Below, piece by piece: positions 29,073 to 38,686 of a stretch of DNA of 64,000 nt. The DNA is taken from IMG/VR virus record IMGVR_UViG_3300042549_005813; one strand, given 5' to 3'. Position 1 is the first letter of the stretch. Each line of letters begins with the position of its first letter. Position numbers and translations under genes: made by a program. The stretch is from a virus. The notes under the pieces are model-generated. The model was not told where the DNA came from, did no database searches, and saw only the letters and a program-made list of their open reading frames with translations.

Positions 29073-29275
29073 ATTATGAATTAGAAATTTCATATGCACA
29101 AGATTTTGCATTAGATTCAGCTCTCCGTTTTCTTGACCGCCGTCCATGGGTCATGACCAAGACTATAGAACGCCTTGCAAGTAATGACAAACTGGATCCA
29201 GACCTCTTGGAATTGGCGGTGGCAGTCTTATTCCCAGCTGCCGTAGTACACTTAGCGACAGGAAAGTCCGTATAA
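29069..29275 (+). CDS. hypothetical protein
   Basis: ATGA overlap. Confidence 0.45.
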   Translation: MNYELEISYAQDFALDSALRFLDRRPWVMTKTIERLASNDKLDPDLLELAVAVLFPAAVVHLATGKSV

Positions 29276-29473
29276 TATATGGATCCAGAAACGTTTACCT
29301 ATCGTTGGAATGATGCCGTTGTCACATATGATGAGTACAAAAAACTGGTTGCAGACCACCAGGAGTGGGTGGACGCAACGGAAAAGCGGGCAGCAATGGT
29401 TGCTGAAGCAGAGAAACCGAAGCGTTCCAAGAAGAATACTTGACCAGACTGCTTGAGTACTAAAGTATTAGGC

Positions 29474-29501
29474 TTGCCTTTTCTACCAGAACCTGTAGAA
29501 T
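29474..29501 (+). promoter_or_regulatory. early promoter
   Basis: TTGCCT-16-TAGAAT with an upstream TACTTGACC...GAGTACT box. Confidence 0.6.
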
Positions 29502-29529
29502 ACGTAGTATTGATTGATTAGGAGTAACG

Positions 29530-30408
29530 ATGATTGATGTGAAATTTGTTGGTGGTAAGTATGTTGCTGTTATCAACGGCAAGACTGTAAAGCGTTCAAA
29601 CAAGGCGCATATGGATTATGTCATCCGTAAGGCACAATCAGAATCCAATTCTGTTGCACCTGTGCTTGAGTCCCGTTTTAGTATTAACCAACGCTTCGGT
29701 TTTGTGTCTGATATGGTTACTATGCTTGCTAACGGCGCACAAGCATCCGTTGTTGTGACTGGTCCTGGTGGTCTTGGTAAGTCTTTTACCGTGTCACAAA
29801 CGTTGACAGCACTTGGTTTCAAAGATGTATCCGTGCTTGATGATATCGCTGTTGGTACCGTCCTTAAGACTGCCAAGACATTCCGTGTCATCAAAGGTTA
29901 TTCAACACCTAAAGGCCTGTACCGCACACTTTATGAAAATAAAGATGGTGTTATTGTGTTTGATGATTGTGATTCCGTACTCAAGGATCCTACATCATTG
30001 AACCTGCTCAAAGGTGCGCTTGATTCATATTCACGCCGTATCATTTCATGGAGAGCGGATATCAAAGATGAAGATTTGCCTACATCCTTCGAATTCAAAG
30101 GTCGTGTTGTGTTTATCTCCAACTTGTCCGCATCCAATATTGACCAGGCTATCCTGACCCGTTCATTGGCTGTTGACTTGTCAATGACCACAAAGCAAAA
30201 GGTCGAACGTATGCGCCACCTGTTGTCTACAGGTGAGTTTATGCCTGAGTTTGATAAGGTCGTTAAGACTGATGCTATGAATTTGATTGAGAAACACCAA
30301 GATTCAGTTAAAGAGTTATCGCTCCGTACACTGATTCAGGTAACAAAGATTCGCCAAGGCGCAGGTAAAAACTGGTCTGATTTGGCTGAGTATGCAATTT
30401 GTGGTTAA
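29530..30408 (+). CDS. P-loop AAA-type ATPase
   Basis: Walker A GPGGLGKS; Walker B IVFDDCD; LLKGALDS; FISN. Confidence 0.85.
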   Translation: MIDVKFVGGKYVAVINGKTVKRSNKAHMDYVIRKAQSESNSVAPVLESRFSINQRFGFVSDMVTMLANGAQASVVVTGPGGLGKSFTVSQTLTALGFKDVSVLDDIAVGTVLKTAKTFRVIKGYSTPKGLYRTLYENKDGVIVFDDCDSVLKDPTSLNLLKGALDSYSRRIISWRADIKDEDLPTSFEFKGRVVFISNLSASNIDQAILTRSLAVDLSMTTKQKVERMRHLLSTGEFMPEFDKVVKTDAMNLIEKHQDSVKELSLRTLIQVTKIRQGAGKNWSDLAEYAICG

Positions 30409-30420
30409 TCAGGTAAAATT

Positions 30421-30615
30421 ATGAATGAAAGAATCAAACAACTTTCCATCGAGGCAGGTTTCCCCGAGTGGTCTAACCATGCGATTGAATTTGAATTGGA
30501 ACAATTCGCCGAGTTGATTGTATGGGAATGTATGAAAATCTGTGAAGATGTTATGAAAAAAGATAACTCTGCGCTTGCCTGTTGGAGTGGAATCAAAGGA
30601 ACATTTCGGAGTTGA
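30421..30615 (+). CDS. MNERI-family hypothetical protein
   Basis: Member of the paralog family. Confidence 0.6.
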   Translation: MNERIKQLSIEAGFPEWSNHAIEFELEQFAELIVWECMKICEDVMKKDNSALACWSGIKGTFRS

Positions 30616-30618
30616 AGA

Positions 30619-30831
30619 ATGAACGAAAGAATTAAAGAACTTTGGTCACAGGCCGGCGGTCACTATAATAGCGGCAATCAGCATACTTGGCCCGAGTATA
30701 CCATTGATGATCCTGAAAAGTTCGCCGAGTTGATTGTTATGGAATGCCTAACCATATGTGAGGAACTAGGTGACAAAGGAATGGATGGCCATTATTGTGC
30801 GGATAAGATTAATAAAACATTTCGGAGTTGA
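30619..30831 (+). CDS. MNERI-family hypothetical protein
   Basis: Member of the paralog family. Confidence 0.6.
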   Translation: MNERIKELWSQAGGHYNSGNQHTWPEYTIDDPEKFAELIVMECLTICEELGDKGMDGHYCADKINKTFRS

Positions 30832-30834
30832 AGA

Positions 30835-31116
30835 ATGAAAGTTGTTATAAATGCGTGTCATGGTGGTTTTGGTTTATCTGAGGCTGCATTAGATGAATAT
30901 AAAAACCGTGCTGGTATTACTGATGAAAGATTTTGGTATTATGATATTCCCCGTGATTGTCCAGACCTTGTGGCAATGATTGAAGAATATGGTACCGATG
31001 CTGGTGGTGATTTCTCAGATTTAAAAATCGTAGAAGTTCCTGATGATGTAGACTGGTACATTGAGGAATATGATGGTAGAGAATGGGTGGCTGAACGTCA
31101 CAGGACTTGGAGTTAA
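30835..31116 (+). CDS. conserved phage hypothetical protein
   Basis: KVVINACHGGFGLS...IEEYDGREWV. Confidence 0.7.
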   Translation: MKVVINACHGGFGLSEAALDEYKNRAGITDERFWYYDIPRDCPDLVAMIEEYGTDAGGDFSDLKIVEVPDDVDWYIEEYDGREWVAERHRTWS

Positions 31117-31118
31117 TT

Positions 31119-31352
31119 ATGTGGCGCAAAAGAGAAGTTCAAAATAAAATACAACACGCTTTGCAAAAGGCTGATTGTGATAATATGCTGATGGCATTGC
31201 TTGGTCGCCAAGAATTGGTAGATAGATGGTGGGATAGTCCAAATATGCATTTTAATTTTAAACATCCAATTGATGTATTCAATTTGAATGATGATGGTCG
31301 CCAAGCAGTTGTCAGTTATGTTACGGAACATTGTTATGGTGGATATCATTGA
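31119..31352 (+). CDS. hypothetical protein
   Basis: RBS GGAG; WWDSPN motif. Confidence 0.5.
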   Translation: MWRKREVQNKIQHALQKADCDNMLMALLGRQELVDRWWDSPNMHFNFKHPIDVFNLNDDGRQAVVSYVTEHCYGGYH

Positions 31353-31370
31353 TTAGTACTAAAGTACTAC

Positions 31371-31423
31371 TGTTGTAGGTTAACAACAACATGGTTGCCA
31401 GTTGGTATTATTTCTGATATAAT
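31371..31423 (+). promoter_or_regulatory. rIIA promoter with upstream palindrome
   Basis: TGTTGT-N6-ACAACA (31371-31388) followed by TTGCCA-17-TATAAT. Confidence 0.8.
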
Positions 31424-31455
31424 ACTTGTATTGATTGATTGAAAAAGGTTTTGTA

Positions 31456-33618
31456 ATGATTCTCAATAGCGCACCTCAAGCAGAGGCCATTCTTTCCAAT
31501 GTTGGTGAAATCGGTGAGTTCCGTATCCGTAATTCAGCAAAAGCATTTAACATTCTTTCCAGCGGTTTGTACGCCAATAAGATTAAGGCGATAATTCGTG
31601 AGCTGTCATGTAATGCCATTGATAGTCACACCGCAGCAGGCACCACACAACCTTTCGAGGTGCACCTGCCAACCACACTAGAACCGTGGTTTTCTATTCG
31701 TGATTTTGGCACTGGTTTGTCACATGACCAAGTAACCAAAATTTACACCACATATTTTGAATCAACCAAAACCGAATCTAATGAGTTTATCGGTGCTCTT
31801 GGTCTTGGTTCAAAATCTCCGTTCTCTTATACTGATAACTTCACTGTCACTGCCATTCAAAATGGCCGCAAAGGCATTTACTCTGCCTTTATCAATGACG
31901 TTGGTGTGCCATCTATTGCTCTGATGGGTGAAGAAGCGGTATCAGAATCTAATGGTGTTGAGGTAAAATTCTCCGTCAATGACAGGTATGACTTTAGTAA
32001 ATTTACTGATGAAGCAGTTAAAGTGTATCGTTGGTTCCCTGTATTGCCTACAATCACAGGTAACACAATCAATATTGAACGTGTTGAATATGAAACACAG
32101 AATATTATTCCCGGTGTTCATTCAGTTAAATCTGATAGGTACAATCGTACCTCATCCATTGCTGTGATGGGTAACATTGCATATCCTATTGAAGTACCAC
32201 AAGCCGAACAATCACTTGAAGGTGTACACCAATTGTTGAAATGTGGCCTTGTGCTTGAATTTGGCATTGGTGAGTTGGACTTTCAAGCATCACGTGAAGG
32301 TTTGTCCTACATTCCATTGACCATTGATTCTATTCGTAAAAAATTGGTTGCAGTTAATGCTGCATTGACCAAGGTTCTTACTGCTGAAGCTGATGTGATT
32401 GAAGGTGAATGGGAACGTTCCAAGTTTTTGTATAACAAGAAACACCAAGAATTATGGCAAGGTGCAGTGCTTGAATATGTGACCAACACTGGTTTTGCTT
32501 TGTTTGATGTACGTGGTGCTGGGTATCATTCGTTTGATATCAAGGCAGATTTGCTTGATTTGAAGGCTATGAACATTCATATCAAACAATTTGAGTCTGA
32601 ACGTGGTAATAACCGTTGCAAGAATCGTAGTCATTCTGTATCTTATGATAAAGACCAAAAGCGTATTGAATATTTCAATATCGAGGTTGACAACATCTCA
32701 ATGTTTGTTGAGAATGATTGTAAGACCGGTTCATTTGAACGTGCTAAACACCATTTCCGCAATAAAGAGAAAAACACTTATCGTGAAAATGTGTTTGTGT
32801 TGGACAAACTGGATAAAACCAAACCAATGAATTTGGTTGCTTTCTATACAATGTTGCACAATCCACCTGCTGCACAGCGTATGGCTGCATCAAGTTTGAC
32901 TGAGAAACCACGTAAGGCTGGTGGCGGTAATGGTTTTGGTAAGAATGTGACTATTGTTCACCTTGAACGCCGTGGTGGTGCATCCAATCGCTCAGCATCA
33001 CAAGATTTTGTTTGGCGTGCCGCTGATACATTGGATAAGTTTGATAAGACTGAAAAGTTTTATTATGTTCCATTGCTAGGCTTTGTTCCTCAATTTACCA
33101 AATTGCGTCACAATGTTGACCAGTTGAAACAGTTGTTGAATAGAACCGAGATTGATGAGTTGAAAGTTAATGTGTATGGTGTCCGTAAAGGTGATATTGA
33201 AACCATCAAAAAGATGCCAAACTGGATTAACCTTGAAGAACACATTTCTACCACTGTTAATAACTTAAATACCAAAATTGGTATGGCTACCGTGATGGAA
33301 CGGCTTGACAAGCACGACATTTTCAACTATAATTACCAGACGGTGATTGATGGTGTTGATGTAAAGAGTCCTGCAAAAGCATTCTTAGATGGTTTTGTTG
33401 GTCTACCAAAGTTGAAAGGCATCCATTGGTTACAACAATTGATGCGAGCAATGCAAGTTGAGAACAACGTAGATGTTGAAGATTTGCTTGTACAATACAA
33501 ACAAAAATTGGCTGATTTTTCTAAGCGATACCCTCTGCTTGATAAATTGAGTTCGTATGCAAATGAGGGTGATGTGTGTGAGTATATTAATTTGGTTGAC
33601 ACAGTGAAAGGTGTTTAA
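31456..33618 (+). CDS. rIIA: rIIA protector from prophage-induced early lysis
   Basis: GHKL ATPase motifs IRELSCNAIDSH, RDFGTGL, GLGSKSPFSY; SREGLSY; followed by rIIB. Confidence 0.9.
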   Translation: MILNSAPQAEAILSNVGEIGEFRIRNSAKAFNILSSGLYANKIKAIIRELSCNAIDSHTAAGTTQPFEVHLPTTLEPWFSIRDFGTGLSHDQVTKIYTTYFESTKTESNEFIGALGLGSKSPFSYTDNFTVTAIQNGRKGIYSAFINDVGVPSIALMGEEAVSESNGVEVKFSVNDRYDFSKFTDEAVKVYRWFPVLPTITGNTINIERVEYETQNIIPGVHSVKSDRYNRTSSIAVMGNIAYPIEVPQAEQSLEGVHQLLKCGLVLEFGIGELDFQASREGLSYIPLTIDSIRKKLVAVNAALTKVLTAEADVIEGEWERSKFLYNKKHQELWQGAVLEYVTNTGFALFDVRGAGYHSFDIKADLLDLKAMNIHIKQFESERGNNRCKNRSHSVSYDKDQKRIEYFNIEVDNISMFVENDCKTGSFERAKHHFRNKEKNTYRENVFVLDKLDKTKPMNLVAFYTMLHNPPAAQRMAASSLTEKPRKAGGGNGFGKNVTIVHLERRGGASNRSASQDFVWRAADTLDKFDKTEKFYYVPLLGFVPQFTKLRHNVDQLKQLLNRTEIDELKVNVYGVRKGDIETIKKMPNWINLEEHISTTVNNLNTKIGMATVMERLDKHDIFNYNYQTVIDGVDVKSPAKAFLDGFVGLPKLKGIHWLQQLMRAMQVENNVDVEDLLVQYKQKLADFSKRYPLLDKLSSYANEGDVCEYINLVDTVKGV

Positions 33619-33619
33619 G

Positions 33620-34378
33620 ATGTTTCCGTATTTGATTCAAGGTTCTAATGTTGTGGTTGTTATTGATAATACACCACACACAATTTCTAAAACCCATATC
33701 ACCTATCAAAAGGTAGTTGATGCCATCAAGGCAAGTGATTGGGAAACTGTACGTGATACAATCAATCCTAAAAAGGTTGTGTTGAATTACGGCGCAGGCA
33801 ATATTGAAGTACAAGGCGAGAAATTGTTTTGGAAAGGCACAGAGATGCATGGTGCTATTGTTAACCGTATGGTTGAGATGTTGCAATCAGGTTTTCCAAT
33901 TGAACCATTGGCCAACTTCATGCAGAACATGATGGAAAACCCTTCGTTCCGTGCTGTGAATGAGTTGTATGGTTTCTTGGAAAAGAATCGTTTGCCAATT
34001 ACAGGCGATGGTCATTTCTTGGCATACAAAAAAGTCCGTGACGATTATAAAGATTGTCATACAGGCACAATGGACAATTCTGTTGGTATGTTTGTGGAGA
34101 TGGAACGTAACCAAGTTAATGATGACAAGAATCAAACTTGCTCTGCTGGTTTGCATTTCTGCTCTGAGTCCTATTTGGCTCACTTTGGCGGCGAACGCAC
34201 TGTGATTGTTAAAATCAATCCCCGTGATGTTGTATCCATTCCAACAGATTATGACAATGCGAAAGGCCGTGCCTGCCGTTATGAAGTGATTGGTGAAGTT
34301 GGTGTGATGCCATCTGATGAAGAAGAATTCACTGCACCTGTGCAAGAAAACGCAAATAGCTGGCCCGCAAGGTGGTAA
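33620..34378 (+). CDS. rIIB: rIIB protein
   Basis: NPS, FLAYKKV, CSAGLHF, VKINPRDVVSIP.DY...GRACRYEV. Confidence 0.9.
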   Translation: MFPYLIQGSNVVVVIDNTPHTISKTHITYQKVVDAIKASDWETVRDTINPKKVVLNYGAGNIEVQGEKLFWKGTEMHGAIVNRMVEMLQSGFPIEPLANFMQNMMENPSFRAVNELYGFLEKNRLPITGDGHFLAYKKVRDDYKDCHTGTMDNSVGMFVEMERNQVNDDKNQTCSAGLHFCSESYLAHFGGERTVIVKINPRDVVSIPTDYDNAKGRACRYEVIGEVGVMPSDEEEFTAPVQENANSWPARW

Positions 34379-34408
34379 CCACCTGTGCAAGAAAACGCAA
34401 ATAACTGG
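34335..34408 (+). repeat. 29-bp direct repeat duplicating the rIIB 3' end
   Basis: CACCTGTGCAAGAAAACGCAAATA(G/A)CTGG at 34335 and 34380. Confidence 0.85.
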
Positions 34409-34419
34409 ATTGAACCTTA

Positions 34420-35541
34420 ATGAGTTACTACATGAAGTCAGGCAATACATTTCGTATTGCCACTAGAGAATCAATGGACCTACATGAGGTTCTACCTGCT
34501 GGCAACTATGTTGTCAAGCAGGATCCATTCGAAAATTTCTATATCGAACAGATTGAGAATTTTGATGTGCCTACAAAACTGTATGGTGATACGATTCGTA
34601 ACACTGAACGTATCATCAACAGTTTTTGGAATCGTGAGAAATCCACAGGTGTAATGCTCGTGGGTGAAAAAGGTTCAGGTAAAACCTTGCTGAGTAAAAA
34701 CATTTGTATTGAAATGGCCAAACAAAATGTGCCAACTATTGTTATCAATGCTGCATGGCATGGTGATAAATTCAATACACTGATTCAATCTATTCAGCAA
34801 CCATGTATTGTGATGTTTGATGAATTTGAGAAGGTGTATAACAGTGAAGAACAAGAAGCATTGCTGACATTATTGGATGGAATTTATTCAACCAAGAAAT
34901 TGTTTATGTTGACCAGTAATGATAAATGGCGTGTTGATTCGCATATGCGTAACCGACCAGGTCGTATCTTCTACATGGTTAACTTTAAAGGTTTGGATGA
35001 GGCATTCATTCGTGAGTACTGTGCCGATAACTTGAATGATAAATCACATACAGAACGAATTGTAAACATTGCTTCTGTATTTTCAGCATTTAACTTTGAT
35101 ATGTTGAAGGCAATGATTGAAGAAATGAATCGTTACAATGAATCGCCACAAGATGCAATGCGTATCCTTAACGTGAAGGCAGAGTTTGATTCTGGTGCTA
35201 CATATGCTATTGAAGTCTATCGTGGTGACCGTAAGGCTGACCGTGTGAGTCCAACAAAATGGACAGGTACACCATTGTCATCAAAAGATATCAGTGTCAG
35301 TTATTGGTTCAAATCTTTAAATAAAGTAGAACCACAAGAAACTAAGGGTTTGCAACTCTTGGCCACAGCGGTTGTTGATGATGAACAAGGTGAAGATTCA
35401 GGTTGGAACGAAAGAGATTTTGGCAACGATGACTTGGTGAAATTCAACAACAAAACTGGCCAGTTCATCTTTGAGAAAAACGGCACCACTATTATTTTAA
35501 TGAAAGAATCACCTAAGTATTTCAACTTCGATGCATTTTAA
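34420..35541 (+). CDS. AAA+ ATPase
   Basis: GEKGSGKT; MFDEFEK; RNRPGRIFY. Confidence 0.85.
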   Translation: MSYYMKSGNTFRIATRESMDLHEVLPAGNYVVKQDPFENFYIEQIENFDVPTKLYGDTIRNTERIINSFWNREKSTGVMLVGEKGSGKTLLSKNICIEMAKQNVPTIVINAAWHGDKFNTLIQSIQQPCIVMFDEFEKVYNSEEQEALLTLLDGIYSTKKLFMLTSNDKWRVDSHMRNRPGRIFYMVNFKGLDEAFIREYCADNLNDKSHTERIVNIASVFSAFNFDMLKAMIEEMNRYNESPQDAMRILNVKAEFDSGATYAIEVYRGDRKADRVSPTKWTGTPLSSKDISVSYWFKSLNKVEPQETKGLQLLATAVVDDEQGEDSGWNERDFGNDDLVKFNNKTGQFIFEKNGTTIILMKESPKYFNFDAF

Positions 35542-35550
35542 GGATTAAAT

Positions 35551-35805
35551 ATGAGTACAGAAGAAGATAAAATCAAACACTCAAAACGTTTGCAGAATGA
35601 TGAGATTGCCATCAAAAAACAAATGAAAATTGCCAAACGCCACGGCATGGATGTTAAAGAACCTCACAAGTTTGCCAAACACCATGCCATGGATTGTGGA
35701 AACCCTGAATGTGGATTATGTGGTAATCCTAGGCATATATCTAAAGATAGCCTCACAATCCAAGAGAAATCCTTTAAACAAACCGAAAAGTGGGAGACAG
35801 AATGA
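35551..35805 (+). CDS. hypothetical protein with CGNPECGLCGNPR motif
   Basis: Conserved Cys motif. Confidence 0.6.
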   Translation: MSTEEDKIKHSKRLQNDEIAIKKQMKIAKRHGMDVKEPHKFAKHHAMDCGNPECGLCGNPRHISKDSLTIQEKSFKQTEKWETE

Positions 35806-35820
35806 TTGTTTTAGTAGTAC

Positions 35821-35849
35821 TTGCCATTGAGTTGATTTTCATGTATAAT
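35821..35849 (+). promoter_or_regulatory. promoter
   Basis: TTGCCA-17-TATAAT. Confidence 0.75.
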
Positions 35850-35882
35850 ACCAATATGTGGATGTCATAACTGGAGAAAAAT

Positions 35883-37025
35883 ATGAGTTTAAACCGCAAT
35901 CAAACCGCTTTTGTTAAAGCAGCCGAAGAATTGTATGGCACAGGTTCTATTTTGACCCGTGACGGCATTCAACAAGTTATTGAAGAAAATGACCTTTCTT
36001 TTCCACACTGGTTTGTAACCAAGTCTGATTATAGAGTTGGTCGAGGAGAATATAAATTGCCTAACATCGGCACCAAGAAAACAATTGTTAAAGAACCTGA
36101 ACTTGAAATTGCATTGGCTGCACAAGTTTTAGAATTCAAACAACCTAAACTAGTTGATGACTCTGACGTATCAATTCCTACAAAGTATAAAGATTATGTG
36201 CCATTTGGATTTTTTAAAGATTTGCGTAATATCATTAAGTCTGATTTGTTTTATCCTGTGTTCATTACAGGCCTTTCAGGTAATGGTAAAACCCTCATGG
36301 TGGAACAATCTTGCTCGGAGCTCGGGCGGGAGTGCATTAGAGTTAACATTAGTATTGAAACTGATGAATCGGATTTGCTCGGTGGTCCTACTCTTGTTAA
36401 TGGGAACGTTGTTAATCGTGACGGTCCTGTTATTACAGCAATGAAGCGTGGCGCCATTCTGTTGATTGATGAAGTTGACCGTGGTTCTAATAAGTTGATG
36501 TGTTTGCAAGGTATCTTAGAAGGCAAACCATACTACAACAAGAAAAACGGTGAGATGGTATATCCAAAAGATGGGTTCAACGTCATTGCTACTGCAAACA
36601 CTAAAGGTCGTGGTAGTGAAGAAGGTCGTTACCTTTCACAGATTCTAGATGATGCATTCCTAGAACGTTTCCCTATTACAGTTGAACAGGAATATCCTGA
36701 TGTTAAGACTGAAAAGAAAATACTTTCACCATTGATTGCTGACCAGGATTTTGTTGAGAAGTTGACACAATGGGCTGATATTGTTCGACAATCATTTGAC
36801 CAAGGTGCTGTTGATGAAGTTATCTCCACACGCCGTTTGGTCCACATTGCTAAAGCATTTAAAATCTTTGGCGACCGAATGAAAGCTATTGAACTATGCG
36901 TGGCACGGTTCGACACAGACACCAAAATGGCGTTCCTCGACTTGTATTCCAAGGTTGATGCGAAAGTTGATGCTCCCGTAGGAAAAGCCCCTACGGTGGT
37001 AAATACGGATGAAATTCCATTCTGA
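35883..37025 (+). CDS. cobS: CobS/MoxR-family AAA+ ATPase
   Basis: GLSGNGKT, ETDESDLLGG, LLIDEVD, TANTKG, AFLERF, ISTRRL. Confidence 0.88.
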   Translation: MSLNRNQTAFVKAAEELYGTGSILTRDGIQQVIEENDLSFPHWFVTKSDYRVGRGEYKLPNIGTKKTIVKEPELEIALAAQVLEFKQPKLVDDSDVSIPTKYKDYVPFGFFKDLRNIIKSDLFYPVFITGLSGNGKTLMVEQSCSELGRECIRVNISIETDESDLLGGPTLVNGNVVNRDGPVITAMKRGAILLIDEVDRGSNKLMCLQGILEGKPYYNKKNGEMVYPKDGFNVIATANTKGRGSEEGRYLSQILDDAFLERFPITVEQEYPDVKTEKKILSPLIADQDFVEKLTQWADIVRQSFDQGAVDEVISTRRLVHIAKAFKIFGDRMKAIELCVARFDTDTKMAFLDLYSKVDAKVDAPVGKAPTVVNTDEIPF

Positions 37026-37077
37026 TGTAAAAAAACAACACTGGATGGTTGCCAACATGCCATCTTTGTGTTATAAT
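37023..37077 (+). promoter_or_regulatory. promoter with upstream palindrome
   Basis: TGATGT-N6-ACAACA followed by TTGCCA-17-TATAAT. Confidence 0.7.
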
Positions 37078-37121
37078 TCATATGTTGGTACTCTTATCAT
37101 GTAATTTTGAAAGGACTTAAA

Positions 37122-37445
37122 ATGTCAAACACCGTTCGCTCAGGCAAACAAAATCGCCACGAAAAAATCACCGTAACCCTTTTGTCAGGTAAACCTGTAT
37201 CTCCAGATGAGATTAAGTCCTGTTTCAAAGGCACGGATCAAGAAGCGGTTCTCTATCGCTTATCTACAAACATCTATAACATCCGCAAAGACGGCGGTAT
37301 CATCAAGGTGCATAAAACCGGCCGTGCTGTAACAGCATATCAGTTGGTTAATTATACCGAGTTTGATAAGAATGGTCGTTATGTTGGTGCACCTAAAACA
37401 ACACCTGTTGCACAACCAACAACTACAGAAACTGCTGAAGCCTAA
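37122..37445 (+). CDS. hypothetical protein, possible winged-HTH
   Basis: RBS AAGGA; RLSTNIYNIRKDG...AYQL. Confidence 0.55.
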   Translation: MSNTVRSGKQNRHEKITVTLLSGKPVSPDEIKSCFKGTDQEAVLYRLSTNIYNIRKDGGIIKVHKTGRAVTAYQLVNYTEFDKNGRYVGAPKTTPVAQPTTTETAEA

Positions 37446-37684
37446 TGCTTCGTCCCACTATAAACGGAGAAGTTATGAACTGGTCTAAATTTTTGATGCG
37501 AGCAGCAATAGTTGCATTCCTACTTTCTTTGAATTCATTATTTGTTATGTTGCTTTGGAATATGTTTCTTATTCCCGCAATTAATGGTGTGAATGAAATA
37601 GGTTTTATCACAGCAATGGGTTTAACTGCTCTTTTTGGCATTCTATTTAAAGACAATGGCATCAAGGCGAACTTCAATGAATAA
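37445..37684 (+). CDS. 2-TM membrane protein
   Basis: Hydrophobic helices. Confidence 0.55.
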   Translation: MLRPTINGEVMNWSKFLMRAAIVAFLLSLNSLFVMLLWNMFLIPAINGVNEIGFITAMGLTALFGILFKDNGIKANFNE

Positions 37685-37898
37685 GTGGGACCGAGATAAC
37701 CTGGATTTTATTATGAATACGACCAATGAAGGTTTTGATGAATGGCTGGATCAAGCCGATAACGATGATGTTGCCTATGCATTAGAATTAATTCGTATGG
37801 CAAAAGCTGAATTGATGATTCAGGAAATGGAATTCACTGATGATGTGTCCAATTTTACTGAAGCATCACAGTTAATTGAAAGGATTAAAAATGTTTAA
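37677..37898 (+). CDS. hypothetical protein
   Basis: DRDNLDFI...YALEL motif. Confidence 0.55.
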   Translation: MNKWDRDNLDFIMNTTNEGFDEWLDQADNDDVAYALELIRMAKAELMIQEMEFTDDVSNFTEASQLIERIKNV

Positions 37899-38139
37899 CA
37901 AAACTTTGAGATATGGTATGTTTACTATTCTTTTTTTAGTGATAGCTGCGTGTTCAACTCCCAAATTGGATGGTTTCGAAAAAGCAAAGGTCATTGAACG
38001 TGCTGAAGTAATTCGGTCGTCTAAAGATTGTATAGACGCAAAAATGCGTCCAGTGATTCAAACACTGCCGCAGAAAACGGATCATGGCACAATCATGTAT
38101 CCAGTTTCTGTTCAATGTGAAGTGGCTTATCGTCAATAA
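37891..38139 (+). CDS. putative lipoprotein
   Basis: Lipobox IAAC. Confidence 0.6.
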   Translation: MFNKTLRYGMFTILFLVIAACSTPKLDGFEKAKVIERAEVIRSSKDCIDAKMRPVIQTLPQKTDHGTIMYPVSVQCEVAYRQ

Positions 38140-38149
38140 GGTGATTTAA

Positions 38150-38677
38150 ATGTATTCCGAAATCGTCAATGATTCTGGTATTTCCCAACACACAATGGAA
38201 ATCATTGTATTTGGTGCTATTGGTGTATTTGTTCTTGGTCTTGTTTTCTTTCTTTGGTGGAAACAAATCATCATTGGTGTTATGGCTTTAGCTGCGGTTG
38301 TTGTCTTGGCCAATCACAGACCAAAAACACCAGTGGTGCCTAAAGTTGAGCAAGAGCAAATCATCATTGAAAAGGTAATTATTCCTGAAAATCCTGTCCA
38401 TATTGAATTAGATGAAAAGAAGATTCAAGAAGGTGTGGATCCACAACCGACCAACAAAGAAGAATTGATGACAAAACCAGAAGATGATAGAAAATATTTC
38501 ATCGAGGATTGCCTACAATTTACAGACTATAATAAATCTCAGTGTGAGGCAATTTGGGATAAGAAAGACACCTCTGAAACCAAGTTGTTAGATGTTGAGA
38601 ATGTAAAATATAAACAACGGCGTGCTGAAGCATTAAAGAAACCTAATGCTGTTGTTGCACACTACACATTAAGATAA
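38150..38677 (+). CDS. membrane protein
   Basis: Two N-terminal TM helices. Confidence 0.55.
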   Translation: MYSEIVNDSGISQHTMEIIVFGAIGVFVLGLVFFLWWKQIIIGVMALAAVVVLANHRPKTPVVPKVEQEQIIIEKVIIPENPVHIELDEKKIQEGVDPQPTNKEELMTKPEDDRKYFIEDCLQFTDYNKSQCEAIWDKKDTSETKLLDVENVKYKQRRAEALKKPNAVVAHYTLR

Positions 38678-38686
38678 GGAGTTAGT

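Noticed and set aside
24160-31420. CRISPR-like array from recurring AGTACT/TTGCCA motifs
   Set aside because: Copies are degenerate, irregularly spaced and tied to promoters.
35883-37025. Cobalamin biosynthesis AMG
   Set aside because: No cobN or other cob genes; phage CobS-like proteins are MoxR ATPases and a role in B12 synthesis is unsupported.
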